Positions 9,390 to 20,830 of a stretch of 64,000 nucleotides of DNA are shown one piece after another. The notes beneath the pieces were generated by a model that made no database searches, was not told where the DNA came from, and saw only the letters and a program-made list of their open reading frames with translations. Where the stretch lies: contig CBDDPY010000002.1 of assembly GCA_965232515.1 (NCBI GenBank), positions 64,001 through 128,000 of the forward strand, given 5' to 3'. Made by a program: the position numbers and the translations under genes. The DNA is from Alphaproteobacteria bacterium. Lineage in GTDB: Bacteria; Pseudomonadota; Alphaproteobacteria; GCA-2731375. Numbering within the stretch: position 1 is the stretch's first letter; each line of letters begins with the position of its first letter.

Positions 9390-10327
9390 TACGGCGTCGC
9401 CGCTTCTCCAACCCCCGCCTCACTCGGCAGCTTGTCCGGGTTCAGCACCGCGGCGATGCCCTGGATGCGGCCGTCGGCCATATCGAAGGCGAAGCTGGCG
9501 AACAGCACGCCGTCGATATGCACCAGCATGCCGGGCTCGGTGTTGATCCGGGCCCGTGTCCAGGTCGTGCCGGGCGGCGCCTTCTTCATCAGGCCGAGCA
9601 GGAAGCGCGCCACCTTGTCCGCGCCGCGTACCACGTTGAGCGCCGCTTTCGCCTTGCCGCCGCCGTCGCTGGTGATGGCGATGTCGTCGGTGAACAGCGC
9701 CAGCAGGCCATTGAGGTCGGCTTGCTCGCAGGCCGCCATGAATTGATCCCGCAGGCGCACGCGCTCGGCGTCGCTGACCTCGAAGCGCGGCCGGCCGGCA
9801 TGCACCCGGTCGCGGGCGCGCTTGACGATCTGCCGGCTGTTGGTGGCGCTGGTCTCCAGCACACCGGCGATCTCATCGTGGCCGTAATCGAACACGTCGT
9901 GCAGCAGGAACGCCGCGCGTTCGCGCGGGTTCAACGTTTCCAGCACCATCAGCAGCGCCATCGACAAGGCTTCCGCCGTCTCCAGCCGCGCCACGGCCTG
10001 CTCGCTGTCGTCGACCAGCAGCGGCTCCGGCAGCCAGGGCCCGACATAGCTCTCCCGCCGCACCCGGGCCGAGCGCAGATGGTCGATGCAGAGCCGGGTC
10101 AGCGTCGTCGTCAACCAGGCCGGCGCCGCCGCGGGCTCGGCCAGCTCGGCCCGGTGCCAGCGCAGATAGGTCTCCTGCACCATATCCTCGGCCTCGCTCA
10201 GGCTGCCGAGCATGCGGTAGGCGATGCCGACGAGGCGCGGCCGCTGCGCCTCGAACGCGGCCGCCTTGCCGGCGGCGCCCGTCGCCGCGTCAGACCTCGA
10301 AGGCGTATCGCTGACAGCTCTGCCCAT
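9389..10327 (-). CDS. ECF41 (SigJ-like) sigma-70 factor with SnoaL-like C-terminal extension
   Basis: AYRMLGS..EAED, GPWLPEP linker, DGGGK and NPDKL motifs. Confidence 0.9.
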   Translation of the reverse strand: MGRAVSDTPSRSDAATGAAGKAAAFEAQRPRLVGIAYRMLGSLSEAEDMVQETYLRWHRAELAEPAAAPAWLTTTLTRLCIDHLRSARVRRESYVGPWLPEPLLVDDSEQAVARLETAEALSMALLMVLETLNPRERAAFLLHDVFDYGHDEIAGVLETSATNSRQIVKRARDRVHAGRPRFEVSDAERVRLRDQFMAACEQADLNGLLALFTDDIAITSDGGGKAKAALNVVRGADKVARFLLGLMKKAPPGTTWTRARINTEPGMLVHIDGVLFASFAFDMADGRIQGIAAVLNPDKLPSEAGVGEAATP

Positions 10328-10805
10328 GGCCCATGACCCGTTTCACGATCGGAAACACCTGCGCGCCGGCAATGGCGAAGGCGAGATCGACGATCGCCGC
10401 GCCACCGTAGCGCGCCGCCAGCGCCTCGCGCAATTCGTCGGCTCGCGGATCCTTGTCGACAATGGCCCGCGCGAACAGGTAAGCCTCGGTCAGCTCGTCC
10501 GGCAGGCATTCCGGCCGCTCGTCGATCACCGCACGCAGGACGTCGGCCGGCACCTCGTCCTTTCGCGCCTGGTTCAGGACGATCTGCACGCAGGGCCCGC
10601 AATCCTGCGCCAAGGACGCCACCAGGCGGGCGACGTGCAGGACCGGCTTCGGCACCGATTTGCGGTGGGCCGCGAAGGGCAGGAACAGCCCGAACTTGAA
10701 CAAAGCCGCCGGCGACGCGCGGTAGATGTCGCGCAGGTAATCGGCGGATTCGCCGAGCTCCGCCTCCGTCGCCCGGATGCTGCGCTCAACCATGGCCGAA
10801 ATCAT
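10290..10805 (-). CDS. AhpD/carboxymuconolactone decarboxylase-like protein
   Basis: QDCGPCVQ CxxC motif, all-helical, overlaps the ECF41 start; MISAM start after GGGAGA. Confidence 0.72.
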   Translation of the reverse strand: MISAMVERSIRATEAELGESADYLRDIYRASPAALFKFGLFLPFAAHRKSVPKPVLHVARLVASLAQDCGPCVQIVLNQARKDEVPADVLRAVIDERPECLPDELTEAYLFARAIVDKDPRADELREALAARYGGAAIVDLAFAIAGAQVFPIVKRVMGHGQSCQRYAFEV

Positions 10806-10914
10806 GTCTCTTCTCCCGTCTTCAACGAATTCATCGCCACCGGCCGGCGGCGCGTAGCCGGCCGTTGCGTGTAAGACGAGATGGCGGGATGGGACGTGAC
10901 AGAGTGACCGCAAC

Positions 10915-11002
10915 CTGGATTGCCGGGTCAAGCCCGGCAATGACGGTTTTGGTTTTACATCAATGCCTTATCGTCATGCCCGGGCTTGACCCGGGCATCC
11001 AG
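10915..11002. repeat. REP-like palindromic doublet, family B
   Basis: CTGGATTGCCGGGTCAAGCCCGGCAATGAC ... GTCATGCCCGGGCTTGACCCGGGCATCCAG. Confidence 0.85.
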
Positions 11003-11042
11003 AAAGTGAGCCGGACGGGCATATTCGCGGACGGGAAAGCCG

Positions 11043-11687
11043 CTAATTCAACAGCGACGGGCCGTCGGCGTTTTCGATGTAGCGGATCAGCGGGATCCAG
11101 TCGCTCTGCATGGCGGCGGCCTGGCGGTTGCGCAGGTCGAAGATGCTCAGGCCCTGCCAGGCGACCTCGTTATAGATGCTGCGATCGGTCAGCCAACCAA
11201 CGTCGCGGGCGCTGGTGTCCTGGATGAAGCTGTCGAGCCGGGCGGCGGCGCGGGAGCCCCGGCGCACCCGGTTGCGGACCAGCGCGAAGGGCTTGCGGTT
11301 GCGCCGGATCGGCTTCAGCTCGCGCAGCTTGGCGAGGAACATCTCGGTCGACGACTGGTCGAAGGCCGACGGCAGCACCGGCACGACAATGACGTCGGCC
11401 CGCCGCACCAGCTCGCGGATCTGCTTCAGCCGGCTCGAGCCGGCCGAGTCGATCACCAGGCGCGCGATGTCCTTGGGCGCGTCCGACATCTGCTTCACCC
11501 AATCCAGGCCGACGATCGGCGCCGCCGAGTCCGGCCGTGCGTCCAGCCAGCCGAGGCAGGAGCGCTGGCGGTCCGTGTCGGCCAACGCCGTGCGCAGGCC
11601 GCCATTGGCGAAGGCCGCGGCCAGGTGTGTCGCGATGGTGGTCTTGCCGCATCCGCCTTTCGGATTGGCGACCAGGACGGAGATCAC
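11043..11687 (-). CDS. Short ParA/MinD-family ATPase without a neighbouring ParB
   Basis: Deviant Walker A NPKGGCGKTT, DTDRQ.S, VIDS, VPVLPS.FD. Confidence 0.88.
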   Translation of the reverse strand: MISVLVANPKGGCGKTTIATHLAAAFANGGLRTALADTDRQRSCLGWLDARPDSAAPIVGLDWVKQMSDAPKDIARLVIDSAGSSRLKQIRELVRRADVIVVPVLPSAFDQSSTEMFLAKLRELKPIRRNRKPFALVRNRVRRGSRAAARLDSFIQDTSARDVGWLTDRSIYNEVAWQGLSIFDLRNRQAAAMQSDWIPLIRYIENADGPSLLN

Positions 11688-11691
11688 GTTG

Positions 11692-13293
11692 TCAGGTCCC
11701 CTGTCGGTGCTGTTGCCAGAACGGCTTCGTGCCCACGAACCGGTGCCAGTCGCCGGCGATCCGCGGCCGCACCGCTTCCAGCGCCTGTGCGTACCAACCC
11801 AGCACCAGCCCGGCGCCTGTGGTCAGCGTGCCGAGACTGTTGCTGCTGCCGGTATCGGTGAGTCCGCGCAGCCGGACCTCGGCGACGGCGACATCGTTCA
11901 GATGGCCGAGATCGTCCTGCAGCTGGCGCAGCGCCTTGATATAGGGTTTGCTGCGCTTCTTGGCGTATAGCGAGGCAAAGAATTCAGCGGCATATCGCAG
12001 TTTCTTCAAGGCGATGCGCAGCTCGTGCAAGGCCTCGTCCGAGAGGTGCTTGAACCGCCGGCCCAGCTTCATCGCGGTCTTGTGGCGCTTCTGCAGCAGC
12101 CGGTCGGCGAGCTCGATCAGCGGCCGTTCCAGCTCGGCCGCCGATTGATGATTGCGCCAGCCATAGCCCTCGAGCCAGGCATTGAACTCCAGCACGAAGG
12201 CGGTATAGCGCGGCGATTGCAGCGCCGCCCGGGCGCGCTCGTAGCCGGACCGCCGCGCGTCCTCGACCGCGTCGCGCAAGGCCTTGAGATCGCTGTCGTC
12301 GGGCCGCGCGTCGATGACGGGTTGCAGCAGTTCGTCGCTGAACACATCCCAGTCGCGCGCCGCGCCCAGGTCGCCGATCAGCGCCTTCGCCTCCGTCTGC
12401 AGCCAGGTGGCGTCGTCCGGCGACAGCACGCCCTTGAACAGCGAGAGCGCCGAGCGCAGCCGGCGCAGCGCGACCCGCATCTGGTGCACGCCTTCCGGAT
12501 CGCTGCCGTCCAGCACGGCGGCGTGGTTGGCGAGCCAGTGCTGGCCGCATGCGTGGAACACCCGGCCCATGGCCGCGTCCAGCGTCACGTCGGGCGCCAG
12601 GTCTAGCCCGTTGGCCCGGTTGCCGAGATGGCGTTGCGTGGCGGCCAGCGCATAGCCGCGGGCGGCCTTGCTGACGGTCTCGATCTGCAGCGGTGTCTTC
12701 GCGTGCAAAGCGGCGGCGAAGGCATAGAGCGCTTGCGGCGCGCCTTCCAGCAGCTCGAACTCCATCTCGGAGATCGGCTCGCGGGTATCGTCGGTTCGGA
12801 TCTCGCCGCGGTCCAGCGCGACCTCGATCACCGCGCGCGGCTTGCCGCGTCCCGACGTGGTGACCGTTTTGATCCGCCGCGTCACATCGGTCGTGAACAC
12901 CGGCGCGAGTTCGCTCGGCAGGATCAGGCCCAGTCGTTCGAGCACGTCGGCGTCGTCGATCTTCGACAGATCCGGCGACAGGGATGGCACCGGCACCGAC
13001 CATTCGCCGCGCGCCATCAATCCGGCCGCGCCGCCGTTATCCGCCTTCAGCGTCTGGACCAGGCCCTTGCCGTTCTGCCGGATGCGCAGCGTGAACCCCT
13101 TGCGCTGCAGCCGCAGGTCGGATGTGTCGAAATAGGTTGAGACGAGATGTTGTTCCGATACCCGTCCCCGGCCACCGAGATGGGCCCGCCAGGCCGTATC
13201 CAGCGTCTCAGGCCGACCCCCGAGTTTCAGTTCGATTTCCAGATTGTAGGCCGCCGTCCCATCCCCCGACGCACCTTGTTCCGATGACCTCAC
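11692..13293 (-). CDS. CYTH + CHAD domain protein (inorganic triphosphatase / polyphosphate-binding, YgiF-like); start uncertain
   Basis: EIELKL, YFDT.D..L, LRIR, QTLK, DRG, EMEFEL (CYTH); HQMRVALRRLRS, RDWDV, HELRIALKKLRY, QDDLG.LND (CHAD). Confidence 0.9.
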   Translation of the reverse strand: MRSSEQGASGDGTAAYNLEIELKLGGRPETLDTAWRAHLGGRGRVSEQHLVSTYFDTSDLRLQRKGFTLRIRQNGKGLVQTLKADNGGAAGLMARGEWSVPVPSLSPDLSKIDDADVLERLGLILPSELAPVFTTDVTRRIKTVTTSGRGKPRAVIEVALDRGEIRTDDTREPISEMEFELLEGAPQALYAFAAALHAKTPLQIETVSKAARGYALAATQRHLGNRANGLDLAPDVTLDAAMGRVFHACGQHWLANHAAVLDGSDPEGVHQMRVALRRLRSALSLFKGVLSPDDATWLQTEAKALIGDLGAARDWDVFSDELLQPVIDARPDDSDLKALRDAVEDARRSGYERARAALQSPRYTAFVLEFNAWLEGYGWRNHQSAAELERPLIELADRLLQKRHKTAMKLGRRFKHLSDEALHELRIALKKLRYAAEFFASLYAKKRSKPYIKALRQLQDDLGHLNDVAVAEVRLRGLTDTGSSNSLGTLTTGAGLVLGWYAQALEAVRPRIAGDWHRFVGTKPFWQQHRQGT

Positions 13294-13355
13294 AAGCCTG
13301 TCCCGCGACCCTCGTACGATGCCCGATGTTTATTCGGATCAGCATATCCGAATAA

Positions 13356-13411
13356 TTGTAATTTTTCTGCAACATTTCTTTCGTAAATCTGTCATTTAAC
13401 GTGAATACTCT
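13356..13411 (+). promoter_or_regulatory. Pho-box-like 11-bp periodic array with a -10-like hexamer
   Basis: TTGTAAT-TTTT-CTGCAAC-ATTT-CTTTCGT-AAAT-CTGTCAT-(10 nt)-TACTCT. Confidence 0.55.
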
Positions 13412-13493
13412 GAAATGTTGCGCGCGCAAAGTAACATCGGTCTGCGGCGAAGTAAACCGACCGAACTTCTGATGTAAAAATGGCGTGTGGAGA

Positions 13494-15182
<1,689 letters not shown>

Positions 15183-15286
15183 CGTTGGCCTGTGCTCAGA
15201 TGGTCCGGTTCCCCGGCGCGTCCTTATCTGCCAGAAACGGCGTCCCACGCCAAGTCACGCATTGCCTTTGGCCGCAAAACGCAATT

Positions 15287-15484
15287 CCCTCTCCCCCCGC
15301 TTGCGGGGGGAGAGGGCAGGGTGAGGGGGGAACCGCGCGCAGCGCGCTTCACTGCACAACCACTGCTGAAATCAAGAAAATGCCGGGGAATACAGTTTAG
15401 TCGACGTCTACATCTGTAGCCCTCACCCTCCCACGCGACTGTTGTCGCGCGGGCCCCTCCCTCTCCCGCAGGCGGGAGAGGGGG
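15287..15484. repeat. Two REP-like family A units upstream of glnS
   Basis: CCCTCTCCCCCCGCTTGCGGGGGGAGAGGG...GGGTGAGGGG and GCCCTCACCCTCCCACGCGAC...CCCTCTCCCGCAGGCGGGAGAGGG. Confidence 0.8.
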
Positions 15485-15588
15485 TATTTGGCCGCGATCG
15501 ACCGTCGGCAGCGGATCGCGGCCGATTTCGGCTATGGTCTGCCCGACCCTTGATGCGAGTTCCCAACAACCCGAAAAGGCTTACCGGT

Positions 15589-16050
15589 ATGCAGAATAGC
15601 GAGTCGGGAGATCAGGTCGAGGCCAGGCTGCTCGACGTGATTGCGCGGGCGGACACCGACTTCCTCGCGCAGGACTATGCCTGGGCGCCGCTCGCGGCCG
15701 GCGCCGGCCCGCGCGACGACGCGCTCGCCTGCGTCCGCGACAAGGACGCCTGGCACGAATTCGTGCCGGCCGGACCCGACGACGATCCGGCGCGCCGGTT
15801 CCGCGTGGTCTGTTTCCGCTTCGCCGAGGGGCCCAGCGCGGCCGGCTTCGTCGGCTGGCTGCACACGCATCTGCGCGTTTCGGGTCGCACCGGCGCCATC
15901 GTCATCTGCGGCAAGGACCGGCGCGATTCCGACGCGCTGTTCCAGGTCTGCCAGGGCGTCATGGACTACTGGGCCTGCCCGCTACCGGCGGCCGACCGCT
16001 TCCTCGACGTCATCCGGTCGCTGATCGAGAAGGGGCAGGCGGCGCGGTGA
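15589..16050 (+). CDS. Hypothetical protein resembling DUF6196
   Basis: E..RL..VIA.AD, ALA.VRD...W, GFVGWL..HL, G..V.CG, DYW.P pattern; high GC3 from ATG 15589. Confidence 0.6.
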   Translation: MQNSESGDQVEARLLDVIARADTDFLAQDYAWAPLAAGAGPRDDALACVRDKDAWHEFVPAGPDDDPARRFRVVCFRFAEGPSAAGFVGWLHTHLRVSGRTGAIVICGKDRRDSDALFQVCQGVMDYWACPLPAADRFLDVIRSLIEKGQAAR

Positions 16051-16086
16051 CAGCGGGTGCCGGTCAGGGGAAAGTCACTCCCACCT

Positions 16087-16172
16087 CGTCATTGCCGGAC
16101 TTGATCCGGCAATCCAACCGGCATCCGCGCAACGCGTCGTCCTGGATCACCGGGTCAAGCCCGGTGATGACG
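16087..16172. repeat. REP-like palindromic doublet, family B
   Basis: CGTCATTGCCGGACTTGATCCGGCAATCC ... CTGGATCACCGGGTCAAGCCCGGTGATGACG between convergent genes. Confidence 0.85.
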
Positions 16173-16235
16173 AAAGGCGAGGCTAGCTGACGTTGTTCGC
16201 ATCGCCTCCGAAGCCGCGCCGGATCTCGATATCGC

Positions 16236-16658
16236 TCACATCATGCCGAGCTTTTTGGCCAGTTCCACGTCCCAATAGGTTGCCTCGATCTTGTGGCCGT
16301 CGGGGTCGCGGACGAAGCAGCCATAGTAGGGCTCGCCATATTCCGGCCGGGGGCCCGGCGCGCCGTCGTCGCTGGCGCCCGCCGCCAGCGCGGCTTCGTG
16401 GAAGGCAGCGACGGCCTCCTTGTTGGACGCGATGAAGGCGACATGCGTGCCGTTGCCGACCGAGGCGGTGTCGCCGTCAAATGGCGTCTGCACCCAGAAC
16501 TCGGGGAACATCTTGCCGTAGGCCACGGCGCCCGGATGCTCGTGCATGCGCTTGCAGCCGAGCGTCGGTAGCACCTTGTCGTAAAACGCCGTCGCCTTGT
16601 CGAAGTCGTTCGTGCCGACGGAAACGTGCGAAATGATGTTCGGGATCTCGTCATTCAT
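16236..16658 (-). CDS. VOC/glyoxalase family protein
   Basis: SHVSVGTND, HVAF, DDGAPGPRPEY, YYGCFVRDPDGHKIEA; RBS AGGAGG. Confidence 0.9.
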   Translation of the reverse strand: MNDEIPNIISHVSVGTNDFDKATAFYDKVLPTLGCKRMHEHPGAVAYGKMFPEFWVQTPFDGDTASVGNGTHVAFIASNKEAVAAFHEAALAAGASDDGAPGPRPEYGEPYYGCFVRDPDGHKIEATYWDVELAKKLGMM

Positions 16659-16833
16659 CGCGGCCGCCCTCCTGTTCCGGTCCGGTCTATCCTGGATGTC
16701 GGCGCGCCGCCCGTTTGACGCAAGCGCCGACGACGGGATACTCGCGCCACCCTGCTGACAAGGTTGTGTCAGCAGACCTGCGGCCTCAGAAGGGAGTCCC
16801 CGTGCGGGCCATCGTCCGCTACCATGCGCCGCC

Positions 16834-17724
16834 ATGAACGACATCGACTGGCACCACCACTTCGCCGAAGTCAACGGCATCGCCATGCACTATGTGCGGC
16901 ATGGGCAGGGCATGCCGATCGTGCTGCTGCACGGCTGGCCGGAATTCTGGTTCACCTGGCACAAGGTGATCCCGACGCTCGCGCGCTCGTTCCAAGTCAT
17001 CGCGCCCGACCTGCGCGGGTTCGGCCAGAGCGACAAGCCGCCAGGCGCGGCGCTGGAGGCCTATACGCTCGACCACCATGTCGACGACCTGGCCGCGCTC
17101 GCGGATGCGCTCGACCTCGATCGGTTCGGCATCGTCAGCCACGACGTCGGCGCCATGGTTGCTCAGGGCTATGCACGTCGGGCGCCGGAGCGCCTTGCCG
17201 GCCTGTTCTTCTTCAACCTGCCCTATGCCGGCGTCGGCGGCCGCTGGTCCGAGCCTGAGCACCTGAACGAGGTCTGGTACCAGGGCTTCAACCAACAGTC
17301 CTGGGCCGCCGATCTGATCGGCGCCAGCCGCGAAAACATCCGCATCTATTTCGGCAACATGCTGGCGCACTGGGCGCACGATCCGCACGCCTTCGATGAC
17401 GATCTCGAGATCTGGGTCGACAATTTCGCCGCGCCCGGCAACCTGCAGGGCGGCTTCAACTGGTACAGTGCCATCTTCCCGCAGCGCCTTGCCATCATGC
17501 GCGGCGATCTGCCGCCGCAGCCGCCGATCGCGGTGCCCACCAAGGTTCGCTGGGGCCGGTACGATCCGGTGATGCGCATCGACTTCGCCGACAGGCTGCC
17601 GGACTACTTCACCGACCTCGACTTCGCGCCGGCGCCGGAGGCCGGCCATTTCGTCCAGTACGAGCGCCCGGCCTACGCCGCCGCCGAGATCACCACATTC
17701 TTCGAGGCCTTAAGGGCGGACTGA
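16834..17724 (+). CDS. Alpha/beta hydrolase (epoxide hydrolase-like)
   Basis: HGWPE, APDLRGFGQS, nucleophile SHDVG, GHF.Q.E. Confidence 0.9.
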   Translation: MNDIDWHHHFAEVNGIAMHYVRHGQGMPIVLLHGWPEFWFTWHKVIPTLARSFQVIAPDLRGFGQSDKPPGAALEAYTLDHHVDDLAALADALDLDRFGIVSHDVGAMVAQGYARRAPERLAGLFFFNLPYAGVGGRWSEPEHLNEVWYQGFNQQSWAADLIGASRENIRIYFGNMLAHWAHDPHAFDDDLEIWVDNFAAPGNLQGGFNWYSAIFPQRLAIMRGDLPPQPPIAVPTKVRWGRYDPVMRIDFADRLPDYFTDLDFAPAPEAGHFVQYERPAYAAAEITTFFEALRAD

Positions 17725-18600
17725 CCGGCGCCGGCGGGCCCAGCCCAGGCTGACAAGGCCGGCGCTCAGCAGCGTCAGCGTGCCGGGCTCCGGCACGTCA
17801 ATTCCGAGATCGGTCTGCCCGAACCGGTTGTCGACGATGCCGGCGTCGGCCGAGTTGACCGTGATGCCGTCGGCGTTCGGCCCCAGGATCGTGAACACGT
17901 CGCCGGTCGTCGTCAGGCTCATCGTATCGCCGAACAGGATGCGCGGATCGTCAAGCTGGTAGCCCTGAATGGTGTTGAGCCGCATGAACATGGTCACCGG
18001 CACGTTCACCGGCACGTTCAGGATACCGGTTGAGATGGATTGCGTGGCGCCGTTCGCCGTGAAACCGCTCAGCATGCCGTCGCGGAAAGGCGATCCGGAA
18101 GTCGGGTCGTTGTTTTCGCTGTAGCTGCCGGAGGAGAAGTTCGACGGCAGCCCGGCCCTGACCTGAAGGGTCGAGAAGAGCGGTCCGGGATCGATGGACC
18201 CGCTCAGGTCCAGGTTCATGACGACGTCGATCGGACTGTTGCCTGCGGAGCCGAAAACGACGTCGAAGGTGAACGATGCGAAGACTTCCTGGCGCTGCGG
18301 CGCGAACTGACCGTTGTTGAAGGCGCGGGCGGCGATGCCGATCGAGCCGGCGTTCACGTTCGCGCGCACCTCGCCGAAATTCCTGTCCAGGAAGTGGACG
18401 CTCTGAAACGCGAAGTCGTAGTCGATGGGCGTGCCTTGCGGTCCGACATTGCCGCCCGGCGCATGCACCGTGGAATTGAACGTGTCCCGGAAATGGTCGA
18501 GTTCGTAAATCGGCGCCGCCCTGGCAAACGACGACGAGAGCGCGATCGCCGCGAAGGCGGCCGCGCCGACATATGTAAGCTTGCGAATTTCCTGACCCAT
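17710..18600 (-). CDS. PEP-CTERM sorting-domain protein
   Basis: Signal peptide ending ARA-AP; C-terminal VPEPGTLTLLSAGLVSLGWARRRR. Confidence 0.9.
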   Translation of the reverse strand: MGQEIRKLTYVGAAAFAAIALSSSFARAAPIYELDHFRDTFNSTVHAPGGNVGPQGTPIDYDFAFQSVHFLDRNFGEVRANVNAGSIGIAARAFNNGQFAPQRQEVFASFTFDVVFGSAGNSPIDVVMNLDLSGSIDPGPLFSTLQVRAGLPSNFSSGSYSENNDPTSGSPFRDGMLSGFTANGATQSISTGILNVPVNVPVTMFMRLNTIQGYQLDDPRILFGDTMSLTTTGDVFTILGPNADGITVNSADAGIVDNRFGQTDLGIDVPEPGTLTLLSAGLVSLGWARRRRSVRP

Positions 18601-18919
18601 GACTGACTCCCTGCGACGGCAGCGGCGTTGCCGCCTGCTCGTCTTTGTGAACTTACGTCCATTTTAAGGAGATCGATCGCCGGTCAAATATTAAATGAAA
18701 ATGGATTTGAGTTTTACTATCGAGATATTGATTAATATTACTCAATTTTTAAGTATTCATAATCCAGGCGGTCTCGGCGTTGTTTGTCGGCGGCGGAACG
18801 GCGCGCCGCCGCGTTTCCCTCGAGCGCCATCAATTGCTAGGATTTTGCCGTTAGGAACGACGCAGGGGTTTCAGACCACGTCATCGCCCTCCGCCGGGGG
18901 CAAACGGAGGCACGGTAGT

Positions 18920-20830
18920 TTGAGCGTTTGTCGTTTGCGTTCGGCGGCACGGCGGTTTGCCGCCATGGCTTTCTTCTGCGCTGGTCTGATGTCGGCCGGA
19001 TCCGAGGCGGCGGTTGCGGCTGCCCCCGTGGCGTTCGCCTCCGATACGGCCGTCGTATCGCTCGGGCCGCATATCGAACTCTTGCAAGACAAATCGGGCC
19101 GCCTGAGCCTGGCGGAGGTCAGGGAAGGACCCGCCGCCGAACGCTTCCGGCCGATGGCGGCCGAACGTCTGCGTCTCGGCGCCGGCTTCGCCAGCCATTG
19201 GCTGCGGTTTACGATCGAGGGTGCGGCTGCCGGTGCCGGCCGTTGGCTGATCGAGGCGGGGCCCTCGAAGCTCGACCATGTCGACGCCTATTTCATCGCT
19301 TCGGACGGGTCGGTCGTCCGGCAGCAAAGCGGCGACATGCGCGCCTTCGCCGGACGGCCGGTAGCGCACCGCCTGATCGTGTTCCGTCCGCCGCCGTCGC
19401 CGGACGGCCGCCTGGATGTCTTTATCCGCATCGCCAACGCGGCGCCGGGCGGCCTGCAGCCACGGCTCTGGCGCGCCGATGCCTTCTTCGCCGCCGACGC
19501 CGCCCGGCGCACCGCGCACGGGCTCTATTTCGGCCTGTTGATCGCGGCGGGCCTCTATGCCGCCTTCGTCTACCTCTCGCTGCGCGACCCGACCTACCGC
19601 TGGTACGCGCTTTATGTGCTGTCGATCGGCCTGCTGATCTTCGTCCTGCACGGTTACGGTGCGCAGTTTCTGTGGCCGACACTGACGGACATGGGCAACC
19701 TCCCGATCCGGCTGCTGCTGAACGCGGCGCTGCTGCTGCCGACGCCGTTCCTGCGCAGTTACTTGCGCGTCTGGGAGTTCGCGCCGCGCCTCGATCGCGT
19801 GATGCGATGGCACATTGCCGTCGGACTCGTCTTGTTCGTGGCGATTCCCTGGCTATCGCACGGACACGGTTCCCTGCTTGTCATTGGCCATGGTCTCTTG
19901 ATGCAGGTGACGTCGGCGCTCGTCATCGTGACCGCGTTCCGGCATCGGCGCCGGCAGGCAGCGTTCATGGCCGTCGCCACCGCGTTGTGGCTGCCCGGCA
20001 TGACGCTGTTGGGCCTGCGCGCGTTCGGCATTGTCGCGGATCGGCCCGCCATCGATTTCGGGCCGGAGCTGTTCACCGGCCTCGAGACCATTTTATTCGC
20101 CTTCGCGCTCGCCGACCGGGTGCGCGGCATCGACGCGGCGCGGCGTCGGGCGGAACGGAGCGCCGCCGAGGCGCGCGGCCGTTTTTCGCAGCGCCTGATC
20201 GAATCCGTGGAGCAGGAACGCCGTCGTATCGCCGGCGCGCTGCACGACTCGCTGGGCCAGAAGCTGGCCCTGCTCCGCATGCGCCTCGCGCCGCCACCGC
20301 GCGCGGTCGCGCTGGCCGACGGTATGGCCGCTGCGCCAAGGCACGGCGACGAGCTGGCTCAACTGGCCGACGCTGCGGCGACCGAGGTGCGCGATATCGC
20401 TCGGGATCTGCACCCCTATCAGATCGAGATGCTGGGTCTGTCGGGCGCCATCGAGGTCATGGCCCGCGAGGCCCTGGATCTCGCTGGCATCGCGGCCGAC
20501 ATCGAGGTCGCGCCGGCCGATGACCTGCTGCCGCGCGATGCGCGCACGCACCTTTATCGCATCGCGCAGGAAGCCGTGACCAACGTCGTCCGTTATGCCG
20601 GCGCCGGTCAGTGCCGTGTCGCGCTCGGTTGCGATAGCGCGGGCCTGCGCCTCGAAATCAGTGACGATGGCTGCGGCTTCGACAGGGTTGCCGGCGGGTC
20701 CGGCGGCTTCGGCCTGACCGGCATGGCCGAGCGGACGCGGCTCCTGGACGGCCGGCTCGACATCGCCTCGCGGCCGGGTGAGGGCACCCGCATCGTCGTG
20801 ACGCTGCCGTTCGATGGAGGCGATGCATGA
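18920..20830 (+). CDS. 7TMR-DISM (DISMED2 + 7TM) sensor histidine kinase, HisKA_3 type
   Basis: TTG start 9 nt after GGAGG; W.RF...W, GD.R.F..RP periplasmic domain; multiple TM; EQERRRIA..LHDSLGQ; EAVTNV, DDG.GF, G.GL.GM.ER. Confidence 0.87.
   Translation: MSVCRLRSAARRFAAMAFFCAGLMSAGSEAAVAAAPVAFASDTAVVSLGPHIELLQDKSGRLSLAEVREGPAAERFRPMAAERLRLGAGFASHWLRFTIEGAAAGAGRWLIEAGPSKLDHVDAYFIASDGSVVRQQSGDMRAFAGRPVAHRLIVFRPPPSPDGRLDVFIRIANAAPGGLQPRLWRADAFFAADAARRTAHGLYFGLLIAAGLYAAFVYLSLRDPTYRWYALYVLSIGLLIFVLHGYGAQFLWPTLTDMGNLPIRLLLNAALLLPTPFLRSYLRVWEFAPRLDRVMRWHIAVGLVLFVAIPWLSHGHGSLLVIGHGLLMQVTSALVIVTAFRHRRRQAAFMAVATALWLPGMTLLGLRAFGIVADRPAIDFGPELFTGLETILFAFALADRVRGIDAARRRAERSAAEARGRFSQRLIESVEQERRRIAGALHDSLGQKLALLRMRLAPPPRAVALADGMAAAPRHGDELAQLADAAATEVRDIARDLHPYQIEMLGLSGAIEVMAREALDLAGIAADIEVAPADDLLPRDARTHLYRIAQEAVTNVVRYAGAGQCRVALGCDSAGLRLEISDDGCGFDRVAGGSGGFGLTGMAERTRLLDGRLDIASRPGEGTRIVVTLPFDGGDA

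Noticed and set aside
18695-18919. N-terminal 75 aa of the kinase ORF
   Set aside because: Runs through the AT-rich promoter region; TTG at 18920 has a GGAGG RBS
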